Assembly: GCF_021028975.2 (NCBI RefSeq)
Contig: NC_059429.1
Span: 109,182,001-109,246,000, forward strand
From: Sphaerodactylus townsendi
Lineage: Eukaryota
DNA: 64,000 nucleotides
Reading direction: 5' to 3'
Shown: positions 23,571 to 37,440 of the stretch, in pieces
How the letters are laid out: the number at the start of each line of letters is the position of its first letter
Position numbering within the stretch: the stretch's first letter is position 1
The notes under the pieces: generated by a model
Told to the model about the DNA's origin: nothing
Database searches by the model: none
What the model saw: only the letters and a program-made list of their open reading frames with translations
Program-made: the position numbers and the translations under genes

Positions 23571-24950
23571 TAGGGAGGATAAAAATCAATGATTACAAAA
23601 CTTGGTTTTAAAAAAATTAAATCAGATTTTTAAAATAAAATGCTTTTTTGGGGGAAAAATCTATTTAGTTTTCTGTTTGGGGTATGCTATAGTCCCAAGG
23701 CTATTCATAATGAAATAACGATTGGGGTTTTTTAAATTATGTAGCATGAGAGTATAGGTTAATGCAGTGTTTACATTTTTTGGTAAATGAATTCCATTAA
23801 TCCATTCACAATGTCATGCTCTTCCAGAGGTTTTAGTAGGATTATTTTGGGCACTTTTTTATGTAGAAGATATTACAGATGCTTGGTTTTTTACCATTTA
23901 TCACTTGATTCAACTTCACTGAAGCATTTTGAGATTTCAGTGGAAGAGGGATCTAAATGATTAAAAGGAATAATAAGTATCAATTACACAGCAACTAAGG
24001 AACTAGCTCAGTTTTAATATAGTGAATTTGTGTCTGCAGAGATAACATGTTTCTTCTTCACAGCAAAAAAGTTCCAAACAGAGTTGAGAAAATACATTAA
24101 TCTAGGGTTTCAAATTTCCAGGTGTTGGCTGGATATGTTATTAGTTCACCTTGAGAAAATGGCCACTTTGGAAGGTAAACACTATGACTATATACCCCAC
24201 TGAAGTCTTTCCCCTCCCCCAACCCTGCCTTCCTCAGGCTCCACCCCTTTCCCCAAATATCCAGGTATTTCACAATCTGGAGCTGGCAACCTTACCTTAA
24301 TCCCATTGTTATTTTGCAAATCTATGTACATAGAATCAACCCCTCATCTAAGTATTACGTTTCAAAAAGTAGAATGAATAGAAGATTGTTTGGAGTGGAA
24401 CAGATCTGCACAAGGAGCTAAGTGTGAGAAGGGAGGGGCAAACAGTAAAAATGAAAGTGGAATCTTCTGGGCAGAATACTCCACAAGTCTTATGATCTTT
24501 GTGGATATAGCCTGAGATTTATTAGATTATTCTCTCTCTGGAGGAGAAAATCTGTAATAGCAGCAGGCCATTAAAAGACCCAGTTTGGGAATATTTTAAT
24601 GATGTTCCTCTACCGATGGGTACAGCATGCATGCATGCAAAATCAAACACTGCCACAAAGAAATTCAAAGCCTACCTATAAGCCTGAATAAGACTGGAAA
24701 TAATTCACATTGCAATAATTTCATTTATGTATTTCTAATAGTATGAACAAATTGTTAAATTTTTGATATAACTATTAAACTAATAGGAAAGATTGCTGTT
24801 TTAAAAATGAAACCTTTCTCTGGTTGTAAATATTAAGATTATACCAACAAGAATGAGTCTTTTATGTAGAAATCCATTATTTAAATTCAGTCTGACAGAC
24901 TAGTGATTTAAATTGTGATTTACATCAATTTGATTTAAATCAAATTCATT
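23571..24950. mobile_element. Old hAT (Tip100/Zaphod-like) DNA transposon remnant with nested inserts
   Basis: agggaggataaaaatcaatgatt start; repeated gatttaaatc subterminal motifs at 24900-24945. Confidence 0.55.
24102..24294. mobile_element. MITE with tagggttgcca-type termini
   Basis: tagggtttcaaa...tggcaacctta; related pieces at about 26290-26470 and 43273-43450. Confidence 0.6.
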
Positions 24951-26972
24951 GCGGAAGAAATTATGCGTAGTCAGGTTGCTGGTGACAATTTTTTAATTTT
25001 AGCAATTGCTCCTCTAACGGCCAGCACAAAACAAAACACCTTCAGGACTGCACTGGAGAGTCTCTCTGTGGCCAAATCTCGCTGTGGTTTTTCCTGTATG
25101 ATGATTTATACTTGTGCACTTTGAAAAAGTCTTTGTACTGGAAGAGAATGGCAACAATGATGTGCATTTTCATCCTGTTCTACTAGGAAAGATTAAATTG
25201 GAAAGAAGTCCACCTCGAACATGGCAATTCAGCTTACAGAATACACCTTGAAAGTTTGTTCATTCAAAGTCTTGAGACAGTCACAGAAATTCTCTTCTCA
25301 TTCAGCTGGGCAGAGGTGGAAAATAACTCTACTTCTATTTGCTACACATGATGAACATACACCAGTTTTAAAAACAGAATCACATAGGTTTAGCCCAATA
25401 CATAAAAACATGTCCAAGATATTGTCTGATAAAATACAAGCAACTAACTCAAAATTGTCCTGGTTGAAGTCACATACCTTCTGATAATCTATTTTTGCCT
25501 AATTTTAAGAGTGGAGTGATTTGGAAAAGTAACTGAGCATTTTTAATCATAACTTGGGAACACACCCTGGACAGCAGAGCCTAATATTATTTTTTTAAAG
25601 ATCAACTCCAATACTAATTGTTTTAATACATAATTTTTAAAACATAATTTGGAACAATCCAGTCTTAACTGCTGATGTCATCCAAATTATTTGGATGACA
25701 ATAAGCATCCTGAAGCTGCAATTTACTAAGAAGATAACAACTTTGGGGGAAATATAAACTACAATTAGGAGAATCTATAGATTATTACAGATAAACTTCA
25801 ACGATGTGCTGTTGGGCACAAATGCTCTCATTCTTTTCAGCTTGGCTGGATTTAAGTGGCTTGTTTTTAGATGTTTCATGGAATTAATGAGTTAGAGTTT
25901 GTAATGCAAAACATTTGGTTCAGCCAATGCCAAAATCTACAACTGGAAGATTAAAAGGGTGACCTTTTCCAAAGCCTTGCTTAGCAACTAAAGTTGAACC
26001 TGTGCCATAACCAAGCGTGGATCCTTAAAATCACTTAGTACAGATTAATTTTTTCCTAAACATGTTTTCAGCATCTGGACAATCTAAAACAGTGGTCTTC
26101 AACCTTTCCCAACCCAGGACCCATCTTCAATGACCAGGTGGAAGCACTGACCTGCAACTGTGTGACAGAAAGTCAGATGACAACTGTCAGATAAGAGGAG
26201 GAGCCAAAAGTTGTGGTTTTATCATCAGGAGCTCTTTGTTAGAAACACACAAGGAGCGTTAGAGGAGTGGGGGACAGGGTTTAGTCTAGGTGGGACCTGG
26301 GGAACCCCGGGAAATACAGCTCATCTTTAGACTACAGAGATCAATTCCCCTGGAGAAAATGGATGCTTTGGAGGGGGGGTCTGTGGCATCGTACCCCATT
26401 GAGGTCCCTGTCCTCCCCAGACTCCACCCCCAAATCTCCAGGAGTTTCCAAACCTGGGTCTGGCATCCCTACCCTTCATCCCCCACTAGTGGCCAGGAGG
26501 ACCTTTTGAAAGCCTCGTTTGGCCAGAGGAAGAAACAGAAGGGAACAGAGTGCTTTGGCATGAGAGGGAAGTTCTGGCTCTGCCTCCACTAAACAGAAAT
26601 CCTCTCCACTACTTGGTAGTCTCCCCTCGCTATCCTGTTCATCCTCTTAGCAGGGCTCCCCTACCTTTCTAATCATCCGCGCAAGTGGTAACTAGTAGCA
26701 TGTTCTTTTCAAAAAAAAACATCGTGAGCAACATCTAAGCTTCAGCAGTTTGTATGCCAGCACGTAGCTTGAGCTCTGCTGAGCCCCACATAAGAGACCC
26801 AAACTATAGGATGAAGACCAAAAATCAAAAGTAAGGTTAATGGGCTAGACATATTTTTATTACTGGTAAACTAAAGCTTCCTGACCCCTGGTTACAGAGA
26901 CTCTGTGTACAATTTTTTAAAAACACCCAAGACTGGGTGCAAATCTACATCTCACTCCTGAGGAAAGACATC

Positions 26973-27277
26973 AGAAGAAGAAGAAGAAGAGTTTGGATTT
27001 CTATCCCCCCTTTCTCTCCTGCAGGAGACTCAAAGGGGCTTACAATCTCCTTGCCCTTCCCCCTCACAACAAACACCCTGTGAGGTAGGTGGGGCTGAGA
27101 GAGCTTTGAGAAGCTGTGACTAGCCCAAGGTCACCCAGCTGGCATGTGTGGGAGTGTACAGGCTAATCTGAATTCCCCAGATAAGCCTCCACAGCTCAGG
27201 CGGCAGAGCTGGGAATCAAACCCGGTCCCTCCAGATTAGATACACGAGCTCTTAACCTCCTACGCCACTGCTGCTCC
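26973..27277 (-). mobile_element. Squam3-like SINE, full length
   Basis: Reverse complement of the 12130 copy; (AGA)n tail; head ggagcagcagtggcgtagg. Confidence 0.9.
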
Positions 27278-29568
27278 TACGCCAGAAGCCTCATACTTGT
27301 GCAAAGGCTACTTGGTAACATATGCACATGCTCTGTAACTCCCAGTAGAACCCCACAAACTAGTTAGTTTAACCTGGTAGGGATGGAGTCAGTGTATGGA
27401 GCTTAGAATAAGGAGAGTCTTTTTTGCTCAGAAATTGTGTACATCTCTTGGCTTTTAATGCCGCATATAAATTTCAATTACCTTTTACATGTGAAATGCT
27501 AATTGGAAAGGTGTTTGTGTGTGGGGGGGGTAAAGTTAGTTTGAGCAGTATTATTGCTGCAATCATATTGTTACTGTAAGGCTGTATTTTTCAAACTGAA
27601 GTTTCATTTCCATATGATTCTGTTTCTTTAAGGAAGAAGCCTACTTCTGGAATTTGCTAAACCAGGAAAGTTGGACTTTGGTCACCATAAAGTTGGATCA
27701 CACAATAACCAGCTGCTTAACTGAATTTAAATATATTGTCTGCAGCAAGTTTCTGTTCTCTGTATATCTATGAGTTCTGTCACGCAAAGCTTATTGTATT
27801 ATTCTGCATGTCGGAGGGTTTTGACTGAAAGAAATTTATCAACTGGCAAGTTGTGTTCCTAATTTAGCCCCACAGAACTCAAATAGGCAGAGGTTATACC
27901 AGTACCACATGTTTCCAGCTGGTTTTTGCAACACTGTATTATCCTGCTTAGACCATGTGTAGAGTCTAGATCCAAGATATAGGGATCAATATTCTACCCA
28001 AGAGATGGTAAAAAAAATACCATCTTACAGCCATTAAGGCTACAATTGCATTTGTTTTAAAAGAAAAACAAGGTAGGAATATCTGAGTAAGCAATTTCTC
28101 TTGACCTTAATAAACAAAGAGCAAACCATGACCAATCGTAACTTGCAAATAACATCCAATTAGAGGAAGACAAAAATAATTTTCCAGTTAGCATTAGGTG
28201 CTGCTCACCAGATATAATGAAGACACACACTCCTGTTTTTATAAGGCGAAACAATTTAATTAGCAGGTAACTTCTTCACCCCTGCTCTGAGTCAGTTTAT
28301 GGCACTCTATCAAGTGGCAGGTTCTACAGGATAAAGGGCCAGTGGCTGGACTAATGCTGCAATCAGAGATGTAGGCATGAAGCGTGCACTAAATGTTTTC
28401 AGTCGTAGCTCCTCTCAGCAAGCCACAAAACTACCAACTTAAACACTTCCTATGTTCAAAGAATCTGAAGTGGAAGATACAAGATACGGCTTACTACCCT
28501 CACAAAGAGGTCAATTTCCATTAATTCCTCGTCCCTGCTGCAATATACCCAACATTCTGCTTCTAGTTAGCTGGATCCACTTTTAGGTTACAATCTTGTG
28601 CTGAACTACCTGCACATTACCCAAAAGTACAAGTTTTCCAGCTCCTGACTTTTCCCTGCATCAAAGGTGTCCACTAGAAAATCCAGATATTCCAACAAAG
28701 ATTTTCAAGCATATTTCATGACGCACTCCCAAGTTACCCAGGATATGAGCTAGGCTTATCATCCTTTCAATTTCCCCACATCAACCAATAATACACCCTG
28801 AAGGAACATTTCTTAAACTGGGGTCTAAGAGGGCACTCCAAGGAGTCCCACAGCTGAGAAACAGTGTTGTTGGTTAGTAGTACCTGTTTATTCCTTGGCC
28901 TTCCTGCCTTCTACCCACCACTAGTTGCATTTCTCACACTGGTGGAAATTGCTTCAAGAGGACTTGAAAAACTTTAAATTAGAGACTACAAAGAGCAGCT
29001 GTAATAATGCTGAAAGTTGAAGACAAAGTGCAAGCGATGGCCAAATTATCTTCACAGCTGTCTGGACAAAGAATTTTTTTCTTCAGTGAACAGCATGAGG
29101 GGCAGAGGGACACACATGTGAAAATCTGTACATGGGAACGGAAGTCTTTAAGTTGCTAAGTTTGAGAATTGCTGCCCTAGGACAAGCCTCGCACTTTCTC
29201 ATAAAATACATTGTTCAGGAGTGACCTTCGTCCAACTATTTTTCAAGAACTGTGAGTGACAAGGTTTTTTTTCCTACTGAGGGGACTCACATCCTCCTAA
29301 GATTTTTGGGATCTAGCTTTGTTTTGCACTCAAAACCTTCCCCTTGGTTTCTTGGTGTACTACAGGTAGTGAGTTTATAGGCTTTCAGTCTGTTGATGTG
29401 AGGTAAGTTTTGAGGTGAATAATTGCGATTACTGAGGCTGGATTAATATATGAACAAGAAGATTTAATATATGAACAAGGAGATGAACAAGAAGAATGTT
29501 TTATTTATTTATTTACAGGTTGGCTTTAAAGGAACAAACCTGCAACACGGGTCTCCAGGTAGACAAGT

Positions 29569-29861
29569 GAAGAAGAGTTGAGATTTATACCCTGCCTTTC
29601 TCTCCTGGAAGGAGTCTCAAAGGGGCTGGCACATTCTTCCCCTCCTCTCCCCACAACCGACACCTTGTGAGGTAGGTGGGGCTGAGAGAGTTCTGAGAGA
29701 ACTGTGACTAGTCCAAGGTCACCCAGCAGGCTTCATGTGAAGAAGCAGGGAAACAAATCCAGTTCATCAGATAAGAGTCCGCCACTCTTGCGGAGGGGTG
29801 GGGAATCAAACCTGGCTCTCCAGGTTAGAGTCCACCACTCTTAACCACTACACCACACTGG
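29569..29861 (-). mobile_element. Squam3-like SINE, related subfamily
   Basis: gtgaggtaggtggggctgagagag...ccaaggtcacccagc core; tRNA-like head ttaaccactacacc. Confidence 0.82.
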
Positions 29862-31301
29862 TGAAGAAACCTGGCTGAGGCATAAAAATATAAACTGTTT
29901 ATGGCTTCAGAGGGTAGCTGGACTTTTCCACAATGCTTTCAGGCAGAAACAGGCTTTAATTGTATGGTGTGTCCTCTCACCCACAGGATTCTACCCACAC
30001 CAACCTGCTCTTTCCCCGAGTCAGACTAAATGGTATAAGCCAGGTCTGCTCACCTGCAGATACAGGCCTAACAATGGAGCACTTCCTTCTCTCCCAGAGA
30101 CTGAGCAAACCACTCTGCCACACCATCAGGCAGAGCAGCCCTTCCCTCTGTATGCTCTTTTCCTGAACAAGACCTGAGATGTCCCTACACTTTTCCTGGG
30201 GCAGAACTCAATTCCTTCTTCTCCTGTGTTCCCTCCAGCATCTCATCCCGCTTCTCAAAGGCGACTGGATGTTGGAGCAGCACTCCTATGGGCTCATTTT
30301 TCTTCCAGGGGGCTGCTGTCCATCACACTGTTCACAGACTTCTTCGCATGCTTGAGGGTTCTCTTGTCAACCTCCCCTCCCCCCAAACCAAGCTCATTGC
30401 ACATAGAAAACTGGATGTAAAAGAAAAGAAGGCTAGAACCCTTCTCACTAACACTCACATAGACGTAGTGGGCTTTCAAACACAGGGGAGAGCATTCAAA
30501 ATTCCTGCTCTATTTTAGTTTTCGTTTCTATGGAACTATGACAGTAAACACTGGATGGATGGCAGAGAAGCAGCGAAAGAGACAGCTGTAATCGAACATG
30601 GTTAAAAGTAGTGTAAAAACAAGCCACTGTGAAAATAACCCGTGGACAACTGACAGTATGTCCCAGCTAGAATACCTCCTAGTAAAATAGAGTTTCAAAA
30701 GATTCACAGCTCCTGTTAAAATTCGAAGACAACTCTAAATAATTCTTAATTCTCCTTTGGCTGAAAGAGGTCCAAGAAAAAAATTCATCAGTGACTCTTA
30801 CATGTATCTGCACAGTGCCATTTATGGTAAGTATTCACAGCTCCACAGAGGGTAACAACCTGTTTCTCACAAAACACCCACCACACATGATTTGTGAAGC
30901 ATCCTGCCTGAAAAAGAGTTGTGGAGAATTTAAAAGCTTGCATGAGGCTTTGTGCCATTTTGGTTGGTCTTAATAAAAAGGTATTATGTCAATTTTGTTG
31001 TGTTTTGTATTTATCTTACTGTTCTATTTTACATAGAATGACTCTCTCATATTTTTCCAGGAGGAAACATTATGGTCTTGATTTGAAATGCTTTGAAAAA
31101 TGTATCTGGTAGAAAGAAAACATTTATAATGGTTGTTTAAATATTTTATTCTGCCCTTCCTCTCATGAGCTCTGGGCAACGTACATCAAGATGGATCCCA
31201 TGGAACATTTCTGAATGTGCAAAAACTACATCTAGTCTCTTGCAAGGAGCCCTTGAGCCAAGTCAACTTGACTGTATCCTGTTTTGCCTTTCTGCTCATA
31301 T

Positions 31302-31603
31302 AAGAAGAAGAAGAAGAAGAGTTTGGATTTATATCCCCCCTTTCTCTCCTGCAGGAGACTCAAAGGGGCTGACAATCTCCTTGCCCTTCCCCCTCACAAC
31401 AAACACCCTGTGAGGTAGGTGGGCTGAGAGAGCTTTGAGAAGCTGTGACTAGCCCAAGGTCACCCAGCTGGCATGTGTGGGAGTGCACAGGCTAATCTGA
31501 ATTCCCCAGATAAGCGTCCACAGCTCAGGTGGCAGAGCGGAGAATCAAACCCGGTTCCTCCAGATTAGATACATGAGCTCTTAACCTCCTACACCACTGC
31601 TGC
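31302..31603 (-). mobile_element. Squam3-like SINE, full length
   Basis: Highly similar to the 26973 copy; (AAG)n tail. Confidence 0.9.
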
Positions 31604-32200
31604 GAAGTGTCAGCAATATCTCAGCACCGTACCCGCCACACAAGCCCCCAATAATTAACTTCTGAAATCAAATCACACCACATCTCTAAATTAGATGGCA
31701 ACAACGATTTTTGCACCTAGCAACCTTGATCAGAACTGGAAAAAAAAAGTGCTTTATCTTACAGGAGCAGCTCCGGGACAACGTCTGGCAAAAATGGAAC
31801 TACATAAACTTCTCCTCCATTACTGCATGCCAAAATGTAGCCCATTTTCTCCCCTTTCACCACGTTATCCTCACACCACTTTATGAGGTAGGTTAGGCTA
31901 AGAGGAAATGTTGCAACCGCATGAAGAAACAAGCCCAAACTTCTGTTGAGAACAAAAAAAGGCAACAAAAATTAAGCACCTAGAATAGTTCTTCTTTTAT
32001 GTAATTAGTGTCACATTTGATTAGTCTAGGAATTATCCTATTGTTACAGATCTTGTTGAGTTATTGCTAATTTGAAAAGCTTGTTAACAGAAAACAATGG
32101 CTGGTTACAAAGGCTGACTCAAGATTTTGAATCTCTGATACAATTATTAAAAGATGCTAGCGCTTTTCTATGGGTAAAATGGATGAGCTAAAAGACATAA

Positions 32201-34383
32201 CGTAGCAACTGCTGTAATTTAGAGACACATCCTTACAAGAATATAGAGGATGGGATTTTCCAGAGGATCCCTGCTGACTAGGAGGGAGTAGCTGGAGGCA
32301 GTAAGATTTAGAAAGCATACAAGGAAGCCTGGTGACTACTTTTTGTTTGACAATAAAATATTAACATTTACTTTTACCTTGGTGTGTCCCTCATATGACT
32401 AAACCCTGACTTATTACATGGAACCAGAAATGAGATGCCAAACAGACATCTGAAGTGGAAACAGGAGCAGCTGAATGTGGACAAGAAGAGCTCCATGCAA
32501 GGATCTGAAGTCTGGTTGCAAACCAATGGCAGAATGTTAGCAATTGAGTTTTTTTGCATTCACCTTGCAGATGCCTGGCAATATTGTAGGAACTGGGAGG
32601 AAATGTGGGCAAAGATTAGAACTCTAACCACAGGTGTAGCAAGGGGGGAAAGCACCTGGTGCGCCGGTACGTCCTCTGCCCCTGCCCCCACCGGGGCACG
32701 CACCTAGTGGTCGTACACCCCCCTGCCCTGTATCTAACAAATCTGGCTTGAAGAAAAGTCAAGCATCCATATGTGGAGTGAGAAAAAGCACTGGAGATTT
32801 ATCACAATTTCCAATTTGCAGATTATGTTCAGTGTAATAAATGCAAGAATTTGAGGAGTATTTATGCCCAAAAAGAACGAGACATTTGAAAGGAACAGAT
32901 TCTTTACATGCATGCAGAAAATGGATGAAAGTATAGACAAATATGCCACAGAACGAAAAACTCAGCAGCAGACCTGTGCTTTCAGGACTCTGACTCTCTG
33001 ACCAGGGGCAGGGACAGGATTATGCCTAGCATTAGGGAGAATGCCACAGGGCCATGGTGGCGAACCTATGGCACTCCAGATGTCCACGGACTACAATTCC
33101 CATCAGCTCCCGCCAGCATGGCCAATTGGATCTTACCCTGGACAAAACTCTTCACACTTGCAAAGCAACAGAAATAATGAAAGCAAAAGCATAAGCAATT
33201 AGGCCAGATGAAGAGACTGTCCATGCAGGAAACAAGCAGAAAAGCAGAAGTTAACTCAGAAAGTTCAGCAACCATTTTGGGAACCACCTATGAGTAGATG
33301 CAGAAGTCTGAAAAAAGTGCGGAGAAACTGGGGCATGAAGCATGACCCCAAACAATGTGCTGCTTTCCAGGAACTTTGCTACAACTGTGGGAAGTGCAAC
33401 CATTTTGCAAAATACTGTGAGTCACAACTGTTGAAACCCCAGGTGCATGCAGCTGAGCAGCATGAGGAGTTTTATGAGGACATGGTGAATGCAAGCACCA
33501 GTAATGAGGAGTGGAGACGGCCACCGGAGGTATAAGGAATATAGATATCTTCAGAAATGGAAACAGATGCTCACATCAATGTTTTCCCAGAACAAGCTCA
33601 TAAAGAACTCCTATCTAGGCCAAAGTTACATCCAGGAAGCATAAAAAAATATCTGCATATTCAGAAGTTACTGTACTTGTAAAAACACTTCCAGGTATGT
33701 GACCAGGTGAAAGAGTATGATTAGAAACTACAGTTCCAGCATGCAGGATCAGAGGAGTACAATTGAAACAAAGGTGTCCCCTTGGAATTAGATGGAGACA
33801 CCTTTTGGTATATTTGCAGGAACCCAAAAGTACTCCCAAACAAATTGCCAGATATGTTGATACATCAGGATGATGTGCGTTTCCAAGCAACACCTATGAT
33901 GTCCTTCCAGAAGTGAGGACGTCACTGAGCTGAGTCCAAATAAGGCCCATCTAAAGATTAGGGGGGTCAACAAATGCCCCTCCAGTCACGGAGGAAGGTA
34001 CAAATTCCAAAGACACTCTTCGAAACTTGTCAAGCAGTTTGGAGCAGAGTAGAGAAGTGAGTAGTAACAACTCATGCCAGAATGACGACTTAGTACCTCT
34101 TCTCTGCAGAAATTTCAGTATAAATTTGTAACTGTGGTTTTGTCTCAAATATCTGATGCTTTTTTAGGGCTAAAAAAGGAAAGATGTTGTGATTATTGTA
34201 ATTTAGAGACACATACTTATAGGAACATGGAGGATGAGAGTTTCCAGAGGATCCCTTCTGGCTAGGAGCTGCGCGCAATAGGACTTAGAGGTTATTTCAG
34301 GAAGTTATTGTTTGGCAATTAACTATTAACATTTTCTTATACCTTGGTGTATCCCTTATATGATTTAATTCTAGCTTATTACA
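32201..34383 (+). mobile_element. Internally deleted gypsy-like LTR retrotransposon
   Basis: Diverged direct LTRs 32201-32418 and 34185-34383 ending ttattaca; PBS-like tggaaccagaa at 32419; PPT aaaaaaggaaaga at 34172-34184; TSD cataa; gag zinc knuckle CYNCGKCNHFAKYC in ORF 33290-33535. Confidence 0.88.
33052..33130. mobile_element. Half hAT MITE nested in the LTR element
   Basis: One arm of the 5055/46842 MITE family, ending at the palindrome centre ccaattgg. Confidence 0.8.
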
Positions 34384-35399
34384 CATAAAAGGGCAAACTC
34401 CTACTGCAAATAACACTGACCTCTCTCAATGGAAAGGATATATCACAATGAAAAACTTTTCAGACCAGAATTTTAGTAATTTTGAAAACGAGATTTCAGC
34501 TAATTCATGGACATATTCAAGACATCTTGGGAAGTCTAACTTACCAGTTCTATGCCAGGATTTGACAAATGGCAACACAAAAATTCAGTGCCAGTTCTCA
34601 TCTGCTGTCACTTTTTAATAACAAATTCAGAATGCAAATTATTCAAATGCATTGATAATTCATGAACTGTATTACTGACTGGACCATAAAGGCTTGAGTC
34701 ACAGGTCTCAGTACCCTCAGAAAGCTGTGAATGCCAAGACAGAAAGATGACATGGGAAAAGGGCCACAGATGTTTTCTCTTAGTCCGTTAGAATTTGTAA
34801 TCCTCCATGCCACTTGCTTCCACAGAACTCTGCGCCTCTAACTTAATGTGAGAAAAATAGTTCAAAAAACATTCTTCTCCCTATCCAAGATTCTTGCATC
34901 AAGATAGCTGGAAAAGATCAAGCATATTGAAGCCTTTGGAAAACGCTGGTTTTCAGCTCCGTGTTCCTCTGCTTACTGAACTTGCTTATTCTTTCAGCAG
35001 AACAAACTGTTCCAGGCTGAGGCAGAACTGCCAGTGTTTGAACAAAGGGTCCCCCCACCCCACCCAGACATTCGCACACACTTCAGACTGCATTCTGCCA
35101 AAGACCCAGTCCATTTCCAGTGCCAAGACACAAAAGGTCACAGGAGGTCAAGTCAAGCAATGGGTGTAGCCTTCCAGTATGCATTGCAGTGAGAGAGGGA
35201 AGCAAGTGGTAGGGAACAGATAAAAGACCCCCAAACTTTCATGATAGCCATTAAAATACAACAGGGAAGGTACTGCATACAGGCCTCAAAGCACTTGCTG
35301 CTTTGCAGAAGATAAGCAACGTATCCTCCAGTATTACCCCGATATAGAAGCTGCCAGTATCAAGCTAGAGGGATTTTAAAGGATCAAAGAGCTTTTATC

Positions 35400-35590
35400 C
35401 CATTTTTATCCTGCTCTTCCCCCAAGGAGCTCAGGGTTCTCTCATCCCTATTCCACCCTCAAAGGGATGGGTGGGCCACTTGCACTGTGTGCACAACTGG
35501 TCCAAGGTCACACACAGAGTTTCATGGCTAAGTGGAGATTCAAATGCAGGCCACTCCATTCTTAGGCCAACATGCTCTCCACTACCCCTT
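35400..35590 (-). mobile_element. Old tRNA-derived SINE fragment
   Basis: ctggtccaaggtcacacacagagtttcatggc..gattcaaa motif shared with the Squam3-like SINEs. Confidence 0.55.
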
Positions 35591-36879
35591 ACCTGCTCTC
35601 GCAAAGGCTTGGTTCCTCTCTCCAAGAAAGTCAAGAGATTCTGGGCTATTTCCCTCACCTCACCCTTGCCACTTAACGCATGAGCTATCATCTGTGGTCA
35701 GTAATCAATCTAAACGGGATGATAACACAACTCATAAACGAGAAAGGAAACACTTGAGAAATTCGTATGTTTCTCAGATTTTCAAAGGTGAAGCATAACA
35801 AGCAAAATAGACTCAATTCCTCTAAACTGTTGGATTTTCCCCAATCCCCTGTAAATTGCATGAGTTAAAGGAAGCTTAAAAACAACCCACATGACAGAAT
35901 ATTGCCTACAAATAGTTGCTGTAGGCTTACCACAATAAATTAAAGTTTCCTGTTATTGTGAGCTTTACAGGCTTGGCTTTAAGACTGTTATATGGATTCA
36001 TTCCTGCAATATAAGCAAATGGAACACAGAGATGTTAACAGTCTGCAGAAGTATCTTGGATCCCACTCAAATACACAAAGTGGCTTCAATTTATAACAAA
36101 CACTTAAAGGCAAAGCTCTTAAGATCAGACTGATATCCAAGATGCACTGCTTGCTCAAATGGCCTGATTTGTACACTGAATGGCCAACATTGCAGCCTTC
36201 ATGACAGAGGAAGCTGACATGAACCTCTCTGTTCCATACTACAGGAAACATTATGTAAGGTGGCTGTTCCATATGGTGGCTCAGTACATGCAGTTCTTCA
36301 CCTCAAAAAGGAAAATGTGCCAGATTCCAGTGCATAGGGCTGCCGGAGGCACCCATTACTGACTGGATTATGAGACGGATGCCAGGAAACAGACTAGTCA
36401 CTCAGCTGTTCCACTTCTTACCTAAAAAGTCCACATGTTTTATTCATAATTCAAGTTCTATGTTAATTATATTTTATTTCATGATTGATGTTTTCTGGGA
36501 TGAAGGGATACTTGACTGACACTTGGGCCTTTTGGATAAAATTGCACATGTACTCTATAAATAAAAAGTAGGTTATCTGGGATGACGGGCTATCTAAACT
36601 CTGGAGTATGCTGAAAAAGTTCACTGGTAAATTAAATACATTTGAATTAAGTTACTATTTCAAATAATTTTAATTTTTAATCGTTTGCACCAGGTGCTAT
36701 TAGCACAAGCATCAAAACACCCCCAATAAAATAATAAACTAATTCAAATGCAAACATCAGCCCCAAATATATAAACACAACCAAGGCCAAAAAATGACAA
36801 GCTGTATCCAAAACAGTTCAGGATTAGTCAGGGTTAATTTCCAAAGGTATGTTGGAACAGAAAAGTCACACAAAGTTTT

Positions 36880-37440
36880 CTAAACTTTGTCTGAGAGGCC
36901 TGCCCCTAGGACCTCATCCAGCAGATCATTCCACAAGACAGGCATCACCACCAAGAAGGCGACAAGATGATGTGGTGGAGATCAGATATACCTTCCAAAA
37001 AAAGGGAATCTCAAGCAGAGGCACTGGACTTATCAGCTCTGACAAGCAGGTTTATATGAGGAGATGTAAGTCCTCAAGGGCTTGAACTAGCACCTTGAAT
37101 TGTGCCCATAAATGAGCAGGTCACCAGTACAACTTTTGTAAGCAAGCTGCTACATCTGCAACGATCTACTCCAGCTAAAAAGCGAGCCACTGCATTCTGT
37201 ACAAACAGACATTTCCGAGTTATCTTTGAGATTGGCTCAACATAAAGCCCTTATGGCAGTCCAACTCAGTAGGTAAACAAACATGGATCAATGGGGCGAG
37301 GTCACCAGGGCTGAGAGCGGGAGAGGGCTTTCAAAGCCGATTGAAATGAGAGAAAGCACTTCTGACTACAACTCCAACCTACTTCTCAAACAGCAAAGTT
37401 GAGTCTAGGAGCCCAACCAGACCAGATCCATCAGACCCCA
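36880..37440 (-). mobile_element. Decayed L2-like LINE ORF2 3' fragment
   Basis: Minus strand gives frameshifted DLAPLIH..LDC..QNA, resembling the L2 motif LIHAFVTSRLDYCN..LQLVQNAAA. Confidence 0.55.

Noticed and set aside
29443-29495. Short tandem duplication ttaatatatgaacaag (and aatgaggatgggactc twice at about 61965-62004)
   Set aside because: Ordinary slippage-type duplications with no further structure
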